NCBI GenBank assembly: GCA_037143195.1
Contig: JBAWZD010000002.1
Location: forward strand, 3,206 to 67,205
DNA: 64,000 nt
Direction: 5' to 3'
Origin: a bacterium
Lineage (GTDB): Bacteria; Patescibacteriota; Minisyncoccia; Phycocordibacterales; UBA9973
Under the pieces are notes generated by a model. It made no database searches and was not told where the DNA came from. It was given only the letters and a program-made list of their open reading frames with translations. Position numbers and translations under genes: made by a program. This document shows, piece after piece, positions 40,822 through 50,206 of this stretch (the stretch's first letter is position 1; the number at the start of each line of letters is the position of its first letter).

Positions 40822-42756
40822 CTACTCAAAGAATATGGAAGGCAACGACTGCGGAATATCAGAATGGAGTTGAACGAGCTCGTGTGGAATATCAAACAAG
40901 AATTGCGACGGCGTCGAGATGTTGCGTGACCCAAAAATCATGCGACTTTGCGCGTGTGTGAGATAGACGCGCTCTTTTGCTCGAGTGAGCGCGACATAAA
41001 AGAGTCGGCGCTCTTCTTCGGCATCTTCGATTTTTGCTGAGCGCGAAGCGCGTTCATGAGGGAAGAGTCCTTCCTCAAGACCAACGATAAAAACAACACG
41101 AAATTCAAGACCTTTGGAAGCATGCACCGTCAGCAAACGCACTCCTTCTGGTGAGTCACGAAGCGCATCTGAATCACTACGGAGCGCGGCGTCTTCGAGG
41201 AACTTCATCACACCGTCACCAAGTGGAAGTGTGTCGTATATCGAGGCAAGCGTTGCAAGTTCACCAACGTTTTCAATTCGTTCGATCCCCTGCTCTCCTT
41301 CACTTTCATATTCTTCGCGGAGGCCCGAGAGATCGAGTACTTTGCGCACGAGAGCAGATGGATATTCTGTGTCACTCGCCACTTTGATGAGGTCCAAAAT
41401 ATGCTCGTAATTTGCGAGCGATGCTTTTGCTCGTGGCGAAAGCGAGTCACGCATTCCAGCAAATAATTTTGCAACGGAACTATCGCCAATGCCACGAGTC
41501 GGCTTATTGATTGTGCGCTTCATGTCGGCAAGGCTGTCGCGATTCATAGCTGCGCGGATGTAAGAAATGATATCTTTCACTTCAGCACGTTCAAAGAATT
41601 GTGTACCGATGACGCGGTATGGAACATCTGAAAAAAGAAACGCCTCTTCAAGCACGCGTGATTGGAAGTTTGCACGAAAGAGTACGGCGATTTCCTCTGG
41701 TGGAATCCCCTCTGCTATAAGTTGCTGACATTCGCGTGCAATAAATGCAGCTTCATCTGTTTCACTAAATCCCTCGTAGCGTACGAGCTTCTCCCCCGTG
41801 CCGAGTTCGGTAAACAAATTTTTTGGGAGACGTACCGTATTTTTGATTATGACAGCATTCGCGGCCTCGAGAATACGGGAAGTAGATCGATAATTTTGTT
41901 CAAGGAATACCGTATGTGCACCAGGAAAATCTTTTTCGAAGTGAAGCATGTTTTTAATTTTTGCTCCACGCCACGAATAAATATTTTGGTCAGTATCTCC
42001 GACCACACAAATATTTTTCTTTTCACCGGCGAGCAGTTTCACCATACGATATTCCATTTCGTTTGTATCTTGGTATTCATCCACATGTATGTACTGCCAT
42101 TTGTGTTGATACTCCGCACGGATAGTCGGTTCTTTTTCGAGTAGACGAACAGCCTTCACAATGAGATCATCGAAGTCGACGGCTTTTGATTTCTTAAGTT
42201 TCTCTTCGTAGCTTCGCCAGATACGCACCGCATCACTCTCCGCTTGGCTTGCGATTTTGTCCGCCATGGATTCCGGGGTATCTCCGGCCATTTTCGATGT
42301 CGAGATGATGTGCTTCACTCGCTTTGGGTCGAGGAGTTTTGGATCAATACCAAATTCACGCATGCTTTCTTTGATCAAACCCTTGGCGTCATCTTCGTCA
42401 AAAATACTGAAATACTTTGTTAGGCCAAAATAGCCCGCGTGGTCACGAATGATGGAACCTCCGAGACGGTGAAAAGTCGTGACTGTCGGTGCTCCGTCGA
42501 TACGATGCTTTAGTATCGCCTTTTCAACACGCTCGCGCATTTCACCCGAAGCCTTGTTTGTGAACGTCACCGCAAGAATACGCTCAGGGGCGATTCCTCC
42601 GAGAATAATGTGCACGATGCGTTCAGTGAGGGTTTTGGTCTTGCCTGCTCCCGCCCCCGCAACAATCAAGAGAGGTCCTTCTGTATGAAGAACGGCTTCC
42701 CGTTGGGCAGGGTTCAAGTGGGAAAGATCGTTTGAGTCGTTTTTTTTCGTATCCAT
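40822..42756 (-). CDS. pcrA: UvrD/PcrA superfamily 1 DNA helicase
   Basis: AGAGAGKT, VTFTNKA, DEYQDTN, GDTDQNIYSWRGA, HASKGLEF, EERRLFYVALTRA. Confidence 0.95.
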   Translation of the reverse strand: MDTKKNDSNDLSHLNPAQREAVLHTEGPLLIVAGAGAGKTKTLTERIVHIILGGIAPERILAVTFTNKASGEMRERVEKAILKHRIDGAPTVTTFHRLGGSIIRDHAGYFGLTKYFSIFDEDDAKGLIKESMREFGIDPKLLDPKRVKHIISTSKMAGDTPESMADKIASQAESDAVRIWRSYEEKLKKSKAVDFDDLIVKAVRLLEKEPTIRAEYQHKWQYIHVDEYQDTNEMEYRMVKLLAGEKKNICVVGDTDQNIYSWRGAKIKNMLHFEKDFPGAHTVFLEQNYRSTSRILEAANAVIIKNTVRLPKNLFTELGTGEKLVRYEGFSETDEAAFIARECQQLIAEGIPPEEIAVLFRANFQSRVLEEAFLFSDVPYRVIGTQFFERAEVKDIISYIRAAMNRDSLADMKRTINKPTRGIGDSSVAKLFAGMRDSLSPRAKASLANYEHILDLIKVASDTEYPSALVRKVLDLSGLREEYESEGEQGIERIENVGELATLASIYDTLPLGDGVMKFLEDAALRSDSDALRDSPEGVRLLTVHASKGLEFRVVFIVGLEEGLFPHERASRSAKIEDAEEERRLFYVALTRAKERVYLTHAQSRMIFGSRNISTPSQFLFDIPHELVQLHSDIPQSLPSIFFE

Positions 42757-42797
42757 GAGTGGACACACTATACCTTTTTTCTCACCACTTTGTCTCC

Positions 42798-45620
42798 TTA
42801 GTGATAGAGGTATACTTCAAACTTTTCCTTCTCTTTTTTGGTTTTGCGAAGAAATGTCCGCTTTTTAGGCGTCTGCACTCCCTTTGCAGTAGTTTGGTTT
42901 GAAGACTGGCCGCGCTTCACGGTTCGATTTTTTGCTTTTGGAGTATTCTTTTTGAATTCACGAATCTCTGTTTTTTTACTCAGTGTCGCTATCTCGCGGG
43001 TTGGGCGAGTTGGATAATCACGAGTCCAAACGTTTTGTTGACGAGCTACACCTGTTGTGTGGTCTTCAACATAGCGGAGTTTTTCTGTTACGAGTTCTGT
43101 GTTTCGAACGAAGTCGATCATTGATTGGATTTCCTTCTTGATTGTTTCAGGTTGAGCATTTATCAACGCATAGTTTTGGCCACGGTTCAGGTCAAACTTC
43201 TGAACGGTTCCGTCGGGGTTGATTGTGGTATTAATTGAATAGTTTGTGTATTCTCTGCTACCATTTGATCCACAAACCAGAGCAAGCATATCTTTGTCCT
43301 TATTGCTGAGTGCTTCGTATTGGCTAATGTCAGCTCCATTGATACGAAGATTTTTTCCGTTACGCGTATCTTCGATCGAAACTTGGAAACGTCCAAACAG
43401 CGCCTCGTTTGCTCGAGAGCGTTTTTGCGGAGCAGCTGCGAGCATGTTGTTTCCCGCTACAAGGTATTCTGTTCCAGTGGTGTCATTCCACAACGTGATG
43501 GTGTATGGGTCGTGATTGTTTCCGAATCGACTATGCTCTACATATATCTCGAGTGCTGCAGGACAAGATTCGAGTGCCTCAACGATAGACAGGTCCATAC
43601 GTTCCCAAAGCATGTGATGAAATACGAGACCCGTGCGTGTAGTGATTGTTTCAGGATCCTTCATTTTAAATTCTCGACTACCGTTTCCCCACTGTGCTTC
43701 TGTAGGAGTTTCAATTGGAGTGAGGTTGTATCCTGGCGTAGCGTGCATTCTATTCCAGTTCCAGCCGTATGAAGTGTCTTCAATTGCTGCTGTTGTTGTC
43801 ACCGTATCAATCGAAATTTCTGGTTGACGGAATGCTGAGATTGATTGTTGTGGATAGCTGGTGATACCACTCGTCTCAATGATTGTGTCCATAGCAGGCA
43901 CCACGTTTGTTGAAAAAGTCGTGTCAGGTGTCGCTTCTATTCGTGTATTCTTTTTTACCTCTGGATCAACGGTTTGCTTTTTGGGCATTGGGGTATACAC
44001 AATCTTTTGTTCATTGCGGATAGCTGCCGTATCAAGCGACTCCCCGTTTTCATCCATGTAGGCAACCTTTATTTTCCCAGCACTTTCTTGCTTTTGTTTG
44101 GTAGATGATTCAGACGCTTTTGTATATGCAGGTGCACTATATACACCCATTGGCATTGGAGCGATTGCTGATGATTCCGGTCTATTCGGTGATTGATCTG
44201 GCGACACTGGTGCTGTCGGAAGTGGCGCATACTCAGGAGTAGTGCGCACTGTTTCGGTTTGAGTGATTGGTGTTGTGAAGATTGACTCGGTATCAATTTT
44301 TCGTTCGCCAAGCATTTCTTGTCGTGCAGAATCTCTGACTTCGCGAAGTGGCGCGAAGTCAATTTTTTTCATCGGGGATTGTGCTCGATTCGATGGCGAG
44401 ATGGTTGCTTGTGTCGCTTCTGCTGGAGTAGTGTGGGTCGTTTCAATCGAATGTTTTTGTTTGTAAACATGGTGATTTTTGTGCTCAGTATTTTTTGGGG
44501 TCACATTTTCTGCGATCACCGCATTCGATGACGGCGCGGCAGCTTCTGTTTTTGCCAAAGTAGTTTCTCTTGGTTGGCTCTGGTCAGCTGTTTTTATCGG
44601 AGTGCTTGTTGCTGCAAGTGTAAATAGTCCCGTCGTGACATACTTACGGAGCTTTCCTTTGATGCGGTCAAAGAAAGATTGTTTTGCTACTGAAAAATCT
44701 TTCTCGTCTTTTCCTTGCGTTGCTTCGATTGGGAGTGGCACGGTTTCAGGTTTTTCACCTTTGTCTTCGAGAAATTGTGCGAGTTTACCAAGGAGTTGAG
44801 GGTCGCGGTCTTCTGGTTTTAGTCGAGCGAAACTACTCAGGGCTTCAGCTTTTATTTTTTGAAGGGAGGGAAGAAGTTCTCGCGCGATTTCTGTTCCGCC
44901 AGAATTTTTAATAAAATGCTCAACTTCAAAATAGTGCTCGACTGCTCTTCCAAGTGCTACCGCGATTTGGGTTTTTTCTTTTTCGTACTGTTCTTGTTCT
45001 TTCTCCTTTTTACTTTTTATACCAAAAAGCTTTTTAAAAAAACCACGCTGGTCCTTTGACTGTTTGTACTCGGTGTCATTTTTTTGCTCGCTTGTCTGCG
45101 GTATTATCTCTCCTTCTTTTGGTTCTTCGGTTTGAATAGCGTCAAATTCAGCAGGTACGATAAGGTCTCGGATATGGTTTTCCTCGAGGCCGTATTTTTT
45201 TGCGATACCGCGTGCCCGATGTTCAAACTCGTAAAATTTATTTCGGCTCGCGGGTTCTCCGTACAGGGCATCAAGTTCATGGATTGATTTGAGTTCTCGG
45301 AGTTTATCGAGCTCGATCATCCCCTCCTTTTTGAGGTCCTCGGGTGTTTTTTCCTGCAATCGAGCAAAGACCTCGGCAGGTTTCTCGAGGTTGTTTTTCT
45401 CAGCAATTTCTATTATTTGATTTTCAATATGGGCAAGATTCGATTTTAGGTGCTCTCGGCCGTATGGGTCGGGATTGCGAAGTATGGCCAGTCGCGTGTT
45501 CTTGTACTGGTTTTCGAGGTATGACATTTCTGTCTGCGCTTGCTGTAGCGCTTTCTCTTCTTTGTTTGGTCGCTTTTGCTCGTTTGAACGAGGACCGCTA
45601 TCTCGATTAAGTGAATCCAT
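42798..45620 (-). CDS. Large hypothetical protein
   Basis: 940-aa ORF: charged helical N-terminus, Pro/Thr-rich middle, basic tail; no family recognised. Confidence 0.8.
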   Translation of the reverse strand: MDSLNRDSGPRSNEQKRPNKEEKALQQAQTEMSYLENQYKNTRLAILRNPDPYGREHLKSNLAHIENQIIEIAEKNNLEKPAEVFARLQEKTPEDLKKEGMIELDKLRELKSIHELDALYGEPASRNKFYEFEHRARGIAKKYGLEENHIRDLIVPAEFDAIQTEEPKEGEIIPQTSEQKNDTEYKQSKDQRGFFKKLFGIKSKKEKEQEQYEKEKTQIAVALGRAVEHYFEVEHFIKNSGGTEIARELLPSLQKIKAEALSSFARLKPEDRDPQLLGKLAQFLEDKGEKPETVPLPIEATQGKDEKDFSVAKQSFFDRIKGKLRKYVTTGLFTLAATSTPIKTADQSQPRETTLAKTEAAAPSSNAVIAENVTPKNTEHKNHHVYKQKHSIETTHTTPAEATQATISPSNRAQSPMKKIDFAPLREVRDSARQEMLGERKIDTESIFTTPITQTETVRTTPEYAPLPTAPVSPDQSPNRPESSAIAPMPMGVYSAPAYTKASESSTKQKQESAGKIKVAYMDENGESLDTAAIRNEQKIVYTPMPKKQTVDPEVKKNTRIEATPDTTFSTNVVPAMDTIIETSGITSYPQQSISAFRQPEISIDTVTTTAAIEDTSYGWNWNRMHATPGYNLTPIETPTEAQWGNGSREFKMKDPETITTRTGLVFHHMLWERMDLSIVEALESCPAALEIYVEHSRFGNNHDPYTITLWNDTTGTEYLVAGNNMLAAAPQKRSRANEALFGRFQVSIEDTRNGKNLRINGADISQYEALSNKDKDMLALVCGSNGSREYTNYSINTTINPDGTVQKFDLNRGQNYALINAQPETIKKEIQSMIDFVRNTELVTEKLRYVEDHTTGVARQQNVWTRDYPTRPTREIATLSKKTEIREFKKNTPKAKNRTVKRGQSSNQTTAKGVQTPKKRTFLRKTKKEKEKFEVYLYH

Positions 45621-45689
45621 GGGTATAGTATTTATTTGAACACAAAGATATACAAAGTGTCAATAGTATGCTCTTTTATAAAAAGCGTG

Positions 45690-45955
45690 TTGACTCCTCT
45701 TCCCCCTATGTTAGCATTTTAGAGCAACGTACTATATATAGTATAGTACGCTCGCTTCCGAAAGGCTATTGTTCATAAACCCTTATTTCATAAGGAAATA
45801 TGAACCTCCCGAATGATTGTAACGGCGTTCTCAGTCTTGTGGTTAACCAACTCGGCTAGCTCAAGATTAGAGGCCCACTCGTAAAAGCTATTACACACAA
45901 CCAAAAAGGATTTCTACCTTCTAAAATAAAGGTTTTAGAGGTAGAAGGACATAGT
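45690..45955 (+). promoter_or_regulatory. Sigma70 promoter and ~230-nt structured 5' leader
   Basis: TTGACT-16-TAGCAT at 45690-45717, then four hairpins before the start codon. Confidence 0.55.
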
Positions 45956-47137
45956 TTGTTCACGCGGATGAGTATTCCGCTCGTCGTTGCAAGCTTCGTT
46001 GCAACAACGCTAGTACTCCCCCTCACGGCCTCTGCGAGTGTCTTTTCAGTGCTTGGGGCGCGATCGGTTCAAGCTGATACGGAGGGTATAGATTCGAATG
46101 TGCCGTTGAGCCCTCAATCTATGTCTGTCGTTAGCGCTTCGAATATCGGTCCGAATACTCTTTCGATGGGTAGTTCAAAGGCGGTTGATACGAGCACTTT
46201 GGTGAATGACAACGCTCTGACGCCTGATATGGGTCCTGTTGGTAACCCGAGTGACGTTGCCGATCTGCAGGATGCTGTGGGTTCAATTAGTTTTTATACC
46301 GTCCGAGCGGGCGACACGGCTAGCTCTGTTGCAACACTTTTTAATATTACAAAGGGTACGTTGCTCTCAGCCAATGGTCTGCAATCAGGTCAAGCATTGA
46401 AGCCAGGACAGGTTCTGGTCATTTTGCCGGTATCAGGGACCCAGTATCTCGTGAAGGCGGGAGATACGATTGCCGGAATCGTGAAAAAAAATAAAATCGA
46501 ACAGCAGGGTGATTTTCTCTTTTATAACAACCTTACGACAGATGCCGACCTTATTGCGGGCGATACGCTGATTATCCCCGATTCAAATTTTGACGGTACG
46601 GCTGATACTGTCGCGGTCAAAAAAACAACCAAGGTATCGACCAAGACAAAAGCTGGAACGGTTGACCTTCGAAACGATCCAAACGCTGCTCCGATCAATG
46701 TTCACCCAATTCATCTTTATTCAAAACCTGATCTTGGGAACGCAATTCATCGACCAGTTGCTGCTGCTTTGAGTACGATTTCTCAAATGGCACACGGATT
46801 TAATGGTGACGCAGTGGACATCGCGGCGCACGATGGAACACCAGTCATGGCCGCACTCGACGGAACAGTGCTTCTTGCTCGTGATGTTGGGTACAACGAC
46901 GGGTACGGCGAATATGTAATCATCATGTCGAATGTCGGCGGTTTTCCGGTTGAAACAATTTACGCGCACCAGCAACAATTGTATGTCCATGCTGGTATGC
47001 AGGTTTCGCAAGGTCAAATGATCGGACGAGTTGGACACAGTGGTCACGCGACAGGACCACACCTTCACTTTGAAGTACGTGGCGGATTAAATCCATGGAC
47101 GCTTGAAAAGAATCGTTACTCAGATATTCCACAATAA
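45956..47137 (+). CDS. LysM-domain M23 family peptidoglycan endopeptidase
   Basis: Two LysM repeats (YTVRAGDT, YLVKAGDT); M23 motifs H...VDIAA, YAHQ, GHATGPHLHFEV. Confidence 0.92.
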   Translation: MFTRMSIPLVVASFVATTLVLPLTASASVFSVLGARSVQADTEGIDSNVPLSPQSMSVVSASNIGPNTLSMGSSKAVDTSTLVNDNALTPDMGPVGNPSDVADLQDAVGSISFYTVRAGDTASSVATLFNITKGTLLSANGLQSGQALKPGQVLVILPVSGTQYLVKAGDTIAGIVKKNKIEQQGDFLFYNNLTTDADLIAGDTLIIPDSNFDGTADTVAVKKTTKVSTKTKAGTVDLRNDPNAAPINVHPIHLYSKPDLGNAIHRPVAAALSTISQMAHGFNGDAVDIAAHDGTPVMAALDGTVLLARDVGYNDGYGEYVIIMSNVGGFPVETIYAHQQQLYVHAGMQVSQGQMIGRVGHSGHATGPHLHFEVRGGLNPWTLEKNRYSDIPQ

Positions 47138-47144
47138 GTATTTG

Positions 47145-48695
47145 TTAGTCGAAGTGTGGACGATAGCTGATCGCTTCAAGAATATGTTTTGGCAAAATCA
47201 ATTCAGATTCATCAATATCTGCAATTGTTCTCGCGACGCGCATGACACGATGGTATGCGCGTATTGATAGCTGAAGACGGTCGGCACTTTCTTTGAGGAG
47301 TTGTTTTGAATCATCGGAAAGATTTGCGATGTTCATGATTTCTTTTCCGGAAAGAATCCCGTTTTCTTTTTCAATCATGTTGTGTGCCCGGGCGCGGGCG
47401 TACGCCCGCGCCCGGGCCTTTTTTATTTGTTCACAAAGTAGTTTTGATTCACCACGTACGGGAGTATTGTGCAACTGATCGTATTCAATGTGTCCAACAA
47501 AAAGCGCGATATCGATTCGATCCAAAATCGGACCTGATAATTTTCGTTTATATTTTTGCAAATCATTTGCCGTGCATGTGCATGTTTTTATTTTTGAACC
47601 TTTCCATCCGCACGGACATGGATTCATCGCGCCAACAAAAATAAATTCTGCGGGGAATACAGCAGTTCCTTTTTGTCGTGAAATAGTCACCGAATGTTCT
47701 TCGAGTGGTTGGCGCAAACCTTCAATCACACGTCGATCGATTTCAGGAAATTCGTCCAAAAATAAAACGCCTTTGTGTGCGAGCGTTATTTCTCCGGGCT
47801 TCAAATGTGGTCCTCCACCAATAATTGATACGTATGACGATGTGTGATGTGGCGCACGAAATGGCGGGTGCGTTATGAATTTTGTTTTCATTGAAGTGCT
47901 TGCAATTGATTGTATCTGAGTAACGGTGAGTGCTTCGTCGTGTGAAAGCGGCGGGAGAATTCCTGCGAGTGCTCGCGCGAGCATCGTCTTTCCTGTTCCG
48001 GGTGGTCCGTGAAGTATGACGGCGTGTTTGCCGACCGCTGCAATGTGAAGTCCTCGCTTGGCACTTTCTTGTCCAACGATTTCGTCGAAACTCAGTTGAC
48101 TATTTTCTCTGTCGGGACTCAATTGGCGTGCATGGATTCTTTTAATTTTTGTATCTTCACAATGTTCGAAGTCGATATCATTCCTAAAGTGGCTAACAAG
48201 CTGTCGTAGTGTCGCGACCGGATAGATTGAAATTGATGCAACCATACTTACCTCCTCTGCGTTTTCAGTCGGCACAAACAATGATTGAAATTCTAATTGA
48301 GCAGCATGTATCGCGATCGGAAGTGCTCCTCGGACTGGTCGGACTGATCCATCTAATCCAAGTTCACCAAGAAAAAGTGAGGTGCTGAGATCTGTCGTTA
48401 TGATGCCTTCAGTGACAAGAAAACCAATGGCAATCGACAGGTCGAAATGAGCGCCTTCTTTTTTGTGGTCGGCGGGTGAAAGCGACACGACCGTTTTTTG
48501 ATTCTTTGTTTTGGGAGATTCGAAACATGCGTTTTTGAGTGCTGAGCTCACGCGGTCACGTGCCTCTTCGACTGATCGGTCGCCAAGCCCAACGATGGCA
48601 AAGTTGTTGAGACCTTTAGATGTGTCGACTTCGACCGTTACAATCTGTCCTTGAAGAAGCTCCGTTTGTGCTGAATATACTCGTGCAAAAGCCAT
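47145..48695 (-). CDS. comM: ComM/YifB Mg-chelatase-like AAA+ ATPase
   Basis: GPPGTGKTMLA, PFRAPHH, GEITLAHKGVLFLDEFPE, AMNPCPCG, SGPILDRID. Confidence 0.94.
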   Translation of the reverse strand: MAFARVYSAQTELLQGQIVTVEVDTSKGLNNFAIVGLGDRSVEEARDRVSSALKNACFESPKTKNQKTVVSLSPADHKKEGAHFDLSIAIGFLVTEGIITTDLSTSLFLGELGLDGSVRPVRGALPIAIHAAQLEFQSLFVPTENAEEVSMVASISIYPVATLRQLVSHFRNDIDFEHCEDTKIKRIHARQLSPDRENSQLSFDEIVGQESAKRGLHIAAVGKHAVILHGPPGTGKTMLARALAGILPPLSHDEALTVTQIQSIASTSMKTKFITHPPFRAPHHTSSYVSIIGGGPHLKPGEITLAHKGVLFLDEFPEIDRRVIEGLRQPLEEHSVTISRQKGTAVFPAEFIFVGAMNPCPCGWKGSKIKTCTCTANDLQKYKRKLSGPILDRIDIALFVGHIEYDQLHNTPVRGESKLLCEQIKKARARAYARARAHNMIEKENGILSGKEIMNIANLSDDSKQLLKESADRLQLSIRAYHRVMRVARTIADIDESELILPKHILEAISYRPHFD

Positions 48696-48828
48696 ACCAG
48701 AATAGTTTCACACAACGCAAGTCAAGAAAAAGTAAAGAAAAGTTAAACGAAATCTAAACTAGTTATGAAACTTTTCTAAACTCTGATTCAGTGGTTGTCC
48801 CCACTCGGTGGCATGCTATAGTATTGTC

Positions 48829-49173
48829 ATGAATACAGACTACAAAGCAAAATTACTTGAAGAACAGAAGACACTGGTCGCAGAATTGTCTCGCCTTGGA
48901 AAGAAGGACGGAGCGATGTGGGAAGCGACGGCACAAGGTGGAAGTGAGATTGAAGCCGATCCAAATACATCGGCGAGTCGGTTTGAGGAGTTCGAAGAAA
49001 ACAGTGCAGTCATTGTCCCCCTTGAAGAACGTTTGAAGCAGGTCGTTGCTGCGCTTTCAAAAGTTGAGACTGGAAAATATGGCAAATGTCGTGTGTGTAA
49101 CAATCCGATCGAAGAAGAGCGTCTTGCTGTGAACCCTGCGGCTGAGACTTGTATGACTCATATCGAGAATTAA
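48829..49173 (+). CDS. TraR/DksA C4 zinc-finger protein
   Basis: GKYGKCRVCNNPIEEERLAVNPAAETCMTH. Confidence 0.88.
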   Translation: MNTDYKAKLLEEQKTLVAELSRLGKKDGAMWEATAQGGSEIEADPNTSASRFEEFEENSAVIVPLEERLKQVVAALSKVETGKYGKCRVCNNPIEEERLAVNPAAETCMTHIEN

Positions 49174-49177
49174 GTTC

Positions 49178-49225
49178 CATGAAACAGAAAAACCCCCGAG
49201 AAATCGGGGGTTTTTCTGTTTCATG
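49178..49225. terminator. Bidirectional terminator, 22-bp perfect stem with GAAA loop
   Basis: CATGAAACAGAAAAACCCCCGA-GAAA-TCGGGGGTTTTTCTGTTTCATG. Confidence 0.8.
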
Positions 49226-49235
49226 ATGATTTCGT

Positions 49236-50135
49236 TTAGTGGAAACGGCTGACTACTTCAGTCATGATTGTTGTGTCTTTTGCGAAAAGGACAGTATTGG
49301 TATCAAGGAATGTGTAGTAAAAGAGGGGCTTTTGGTTTACATCAAGGACAGCTCGCGCTTCCCTGTTTTCGATTAATGTATCTTGGAACGGGAGACTTTC
49401 GAGTTGAGCTGTGGTAAACGTACTTTGGTCGAGGGCGAACAGTGCTTTCATGTCATTAAACAAGTATGGTTCCCATGACAGCATACCCGAAAGAAGGTAA
49501 TCATGAGCTGTTCCATGGATGACGAGAAACAGACTTCCGTGGTCTGAAAAAACACTTCCCACCATGTAGTCAGGAAGGAGTGATTGGAGAAAGCTTGTTG
49601 GGGCATGAGTTCCAATCAGAGAGAGAAAAGCACTTGCCGGTACTCGAGTATTTGGGTTTGCTGTCCCGTCGTTTGAGAGAATAATATTGTCTACTTGCCC
49701 CGATTGAATTTTGGGGTTAACTGCGATGTGCTGTATTTTCGCAACGACATCCTGAGTTTGAATCCCTGAAACTGAAATGATATCAGCATTCTCGCTTGTG
49801 ATGAGTGACGAGGGTATTGTTGGTTGTGTTACCGTTGGAGCGACGATGGCAGCTTTCTTGTTTGAGTAAATGAGGGAAAAAAGAATTATCGCGCTAATTA
49901 CAACTATGAATCCCCCGACTACAAATAGCATATTTGAGCGTGAACGTATCGACATGTCTTCGACTTCTTGTTTGTGTTTTTCTTCTTCTTCGATCGCAAC
50001 TCGAACAACTGATCCTCCGTGTTCACGTACGGCTTCTGCGAGGTCTGAACTGAATGTTCGGATTGGTGCTATATGGCCATTGTGAGAGGACGTGTAATTT
50101 TCATCCATGATTGGTTTTTTTTCGGTCGGTTCCAT
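49236..50135 (-). CDS. Single-pass membrane hypothetical protein
   Basis: PIRTFSSDLAEA, TM helix, SGMLSWEP. Confidence 0.8.
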   Translation of the reverse strand: MEPTEKKPIMDENYTSSHNGHIAPIRTFSSDLAEAVREHGGSVVRVAIEEEEKHKQEVEDMSIRSRSNMLFVVGGFIVVISAIILFSLIYSNKKAAIVAPTVTQPTIPSSLITSENADIISVSGIQTQDVVAKIQHIAVNPKIQSGQVDNIILSNDGTANPNTRVPASAFLSLIGTHAPTSFLQSLLPDYMVGSVFSDHGSLFLVIHGTAHDYLLSGMLSWEPYLFNDMKALFALDQSTFTTAQLESLPFQDTLIENREARAVLDVNQKPLFYYTFLDTNTVLFAKDTTIMTEVVSRFH

Positions 50136-50170
50136 ATGTGACAATAATAGCACGGCGAGCACTGAGACGA

Positions 50171-50201
50171 AAAAAGCCCGCGCCGTTGGCGCGGGCTTTT
50201 T
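50171..50201 (-). terminator. pnp terminator
   Basis: AAAAAGCCCGCGCC-GTT-GGCGCGGGCTTTTT. Confidence 0.8.
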
Positions 50202-50206
50202 AGCGT

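Noticed and set aside
45720-45955. c-di-AMP (ydaO) riboswitch
   Set aside because: Consensus elements (GGGGGA.CCA, GGGGUGAAU, CCGUCAGCUAACC) not found; kept as an unknown structured leader
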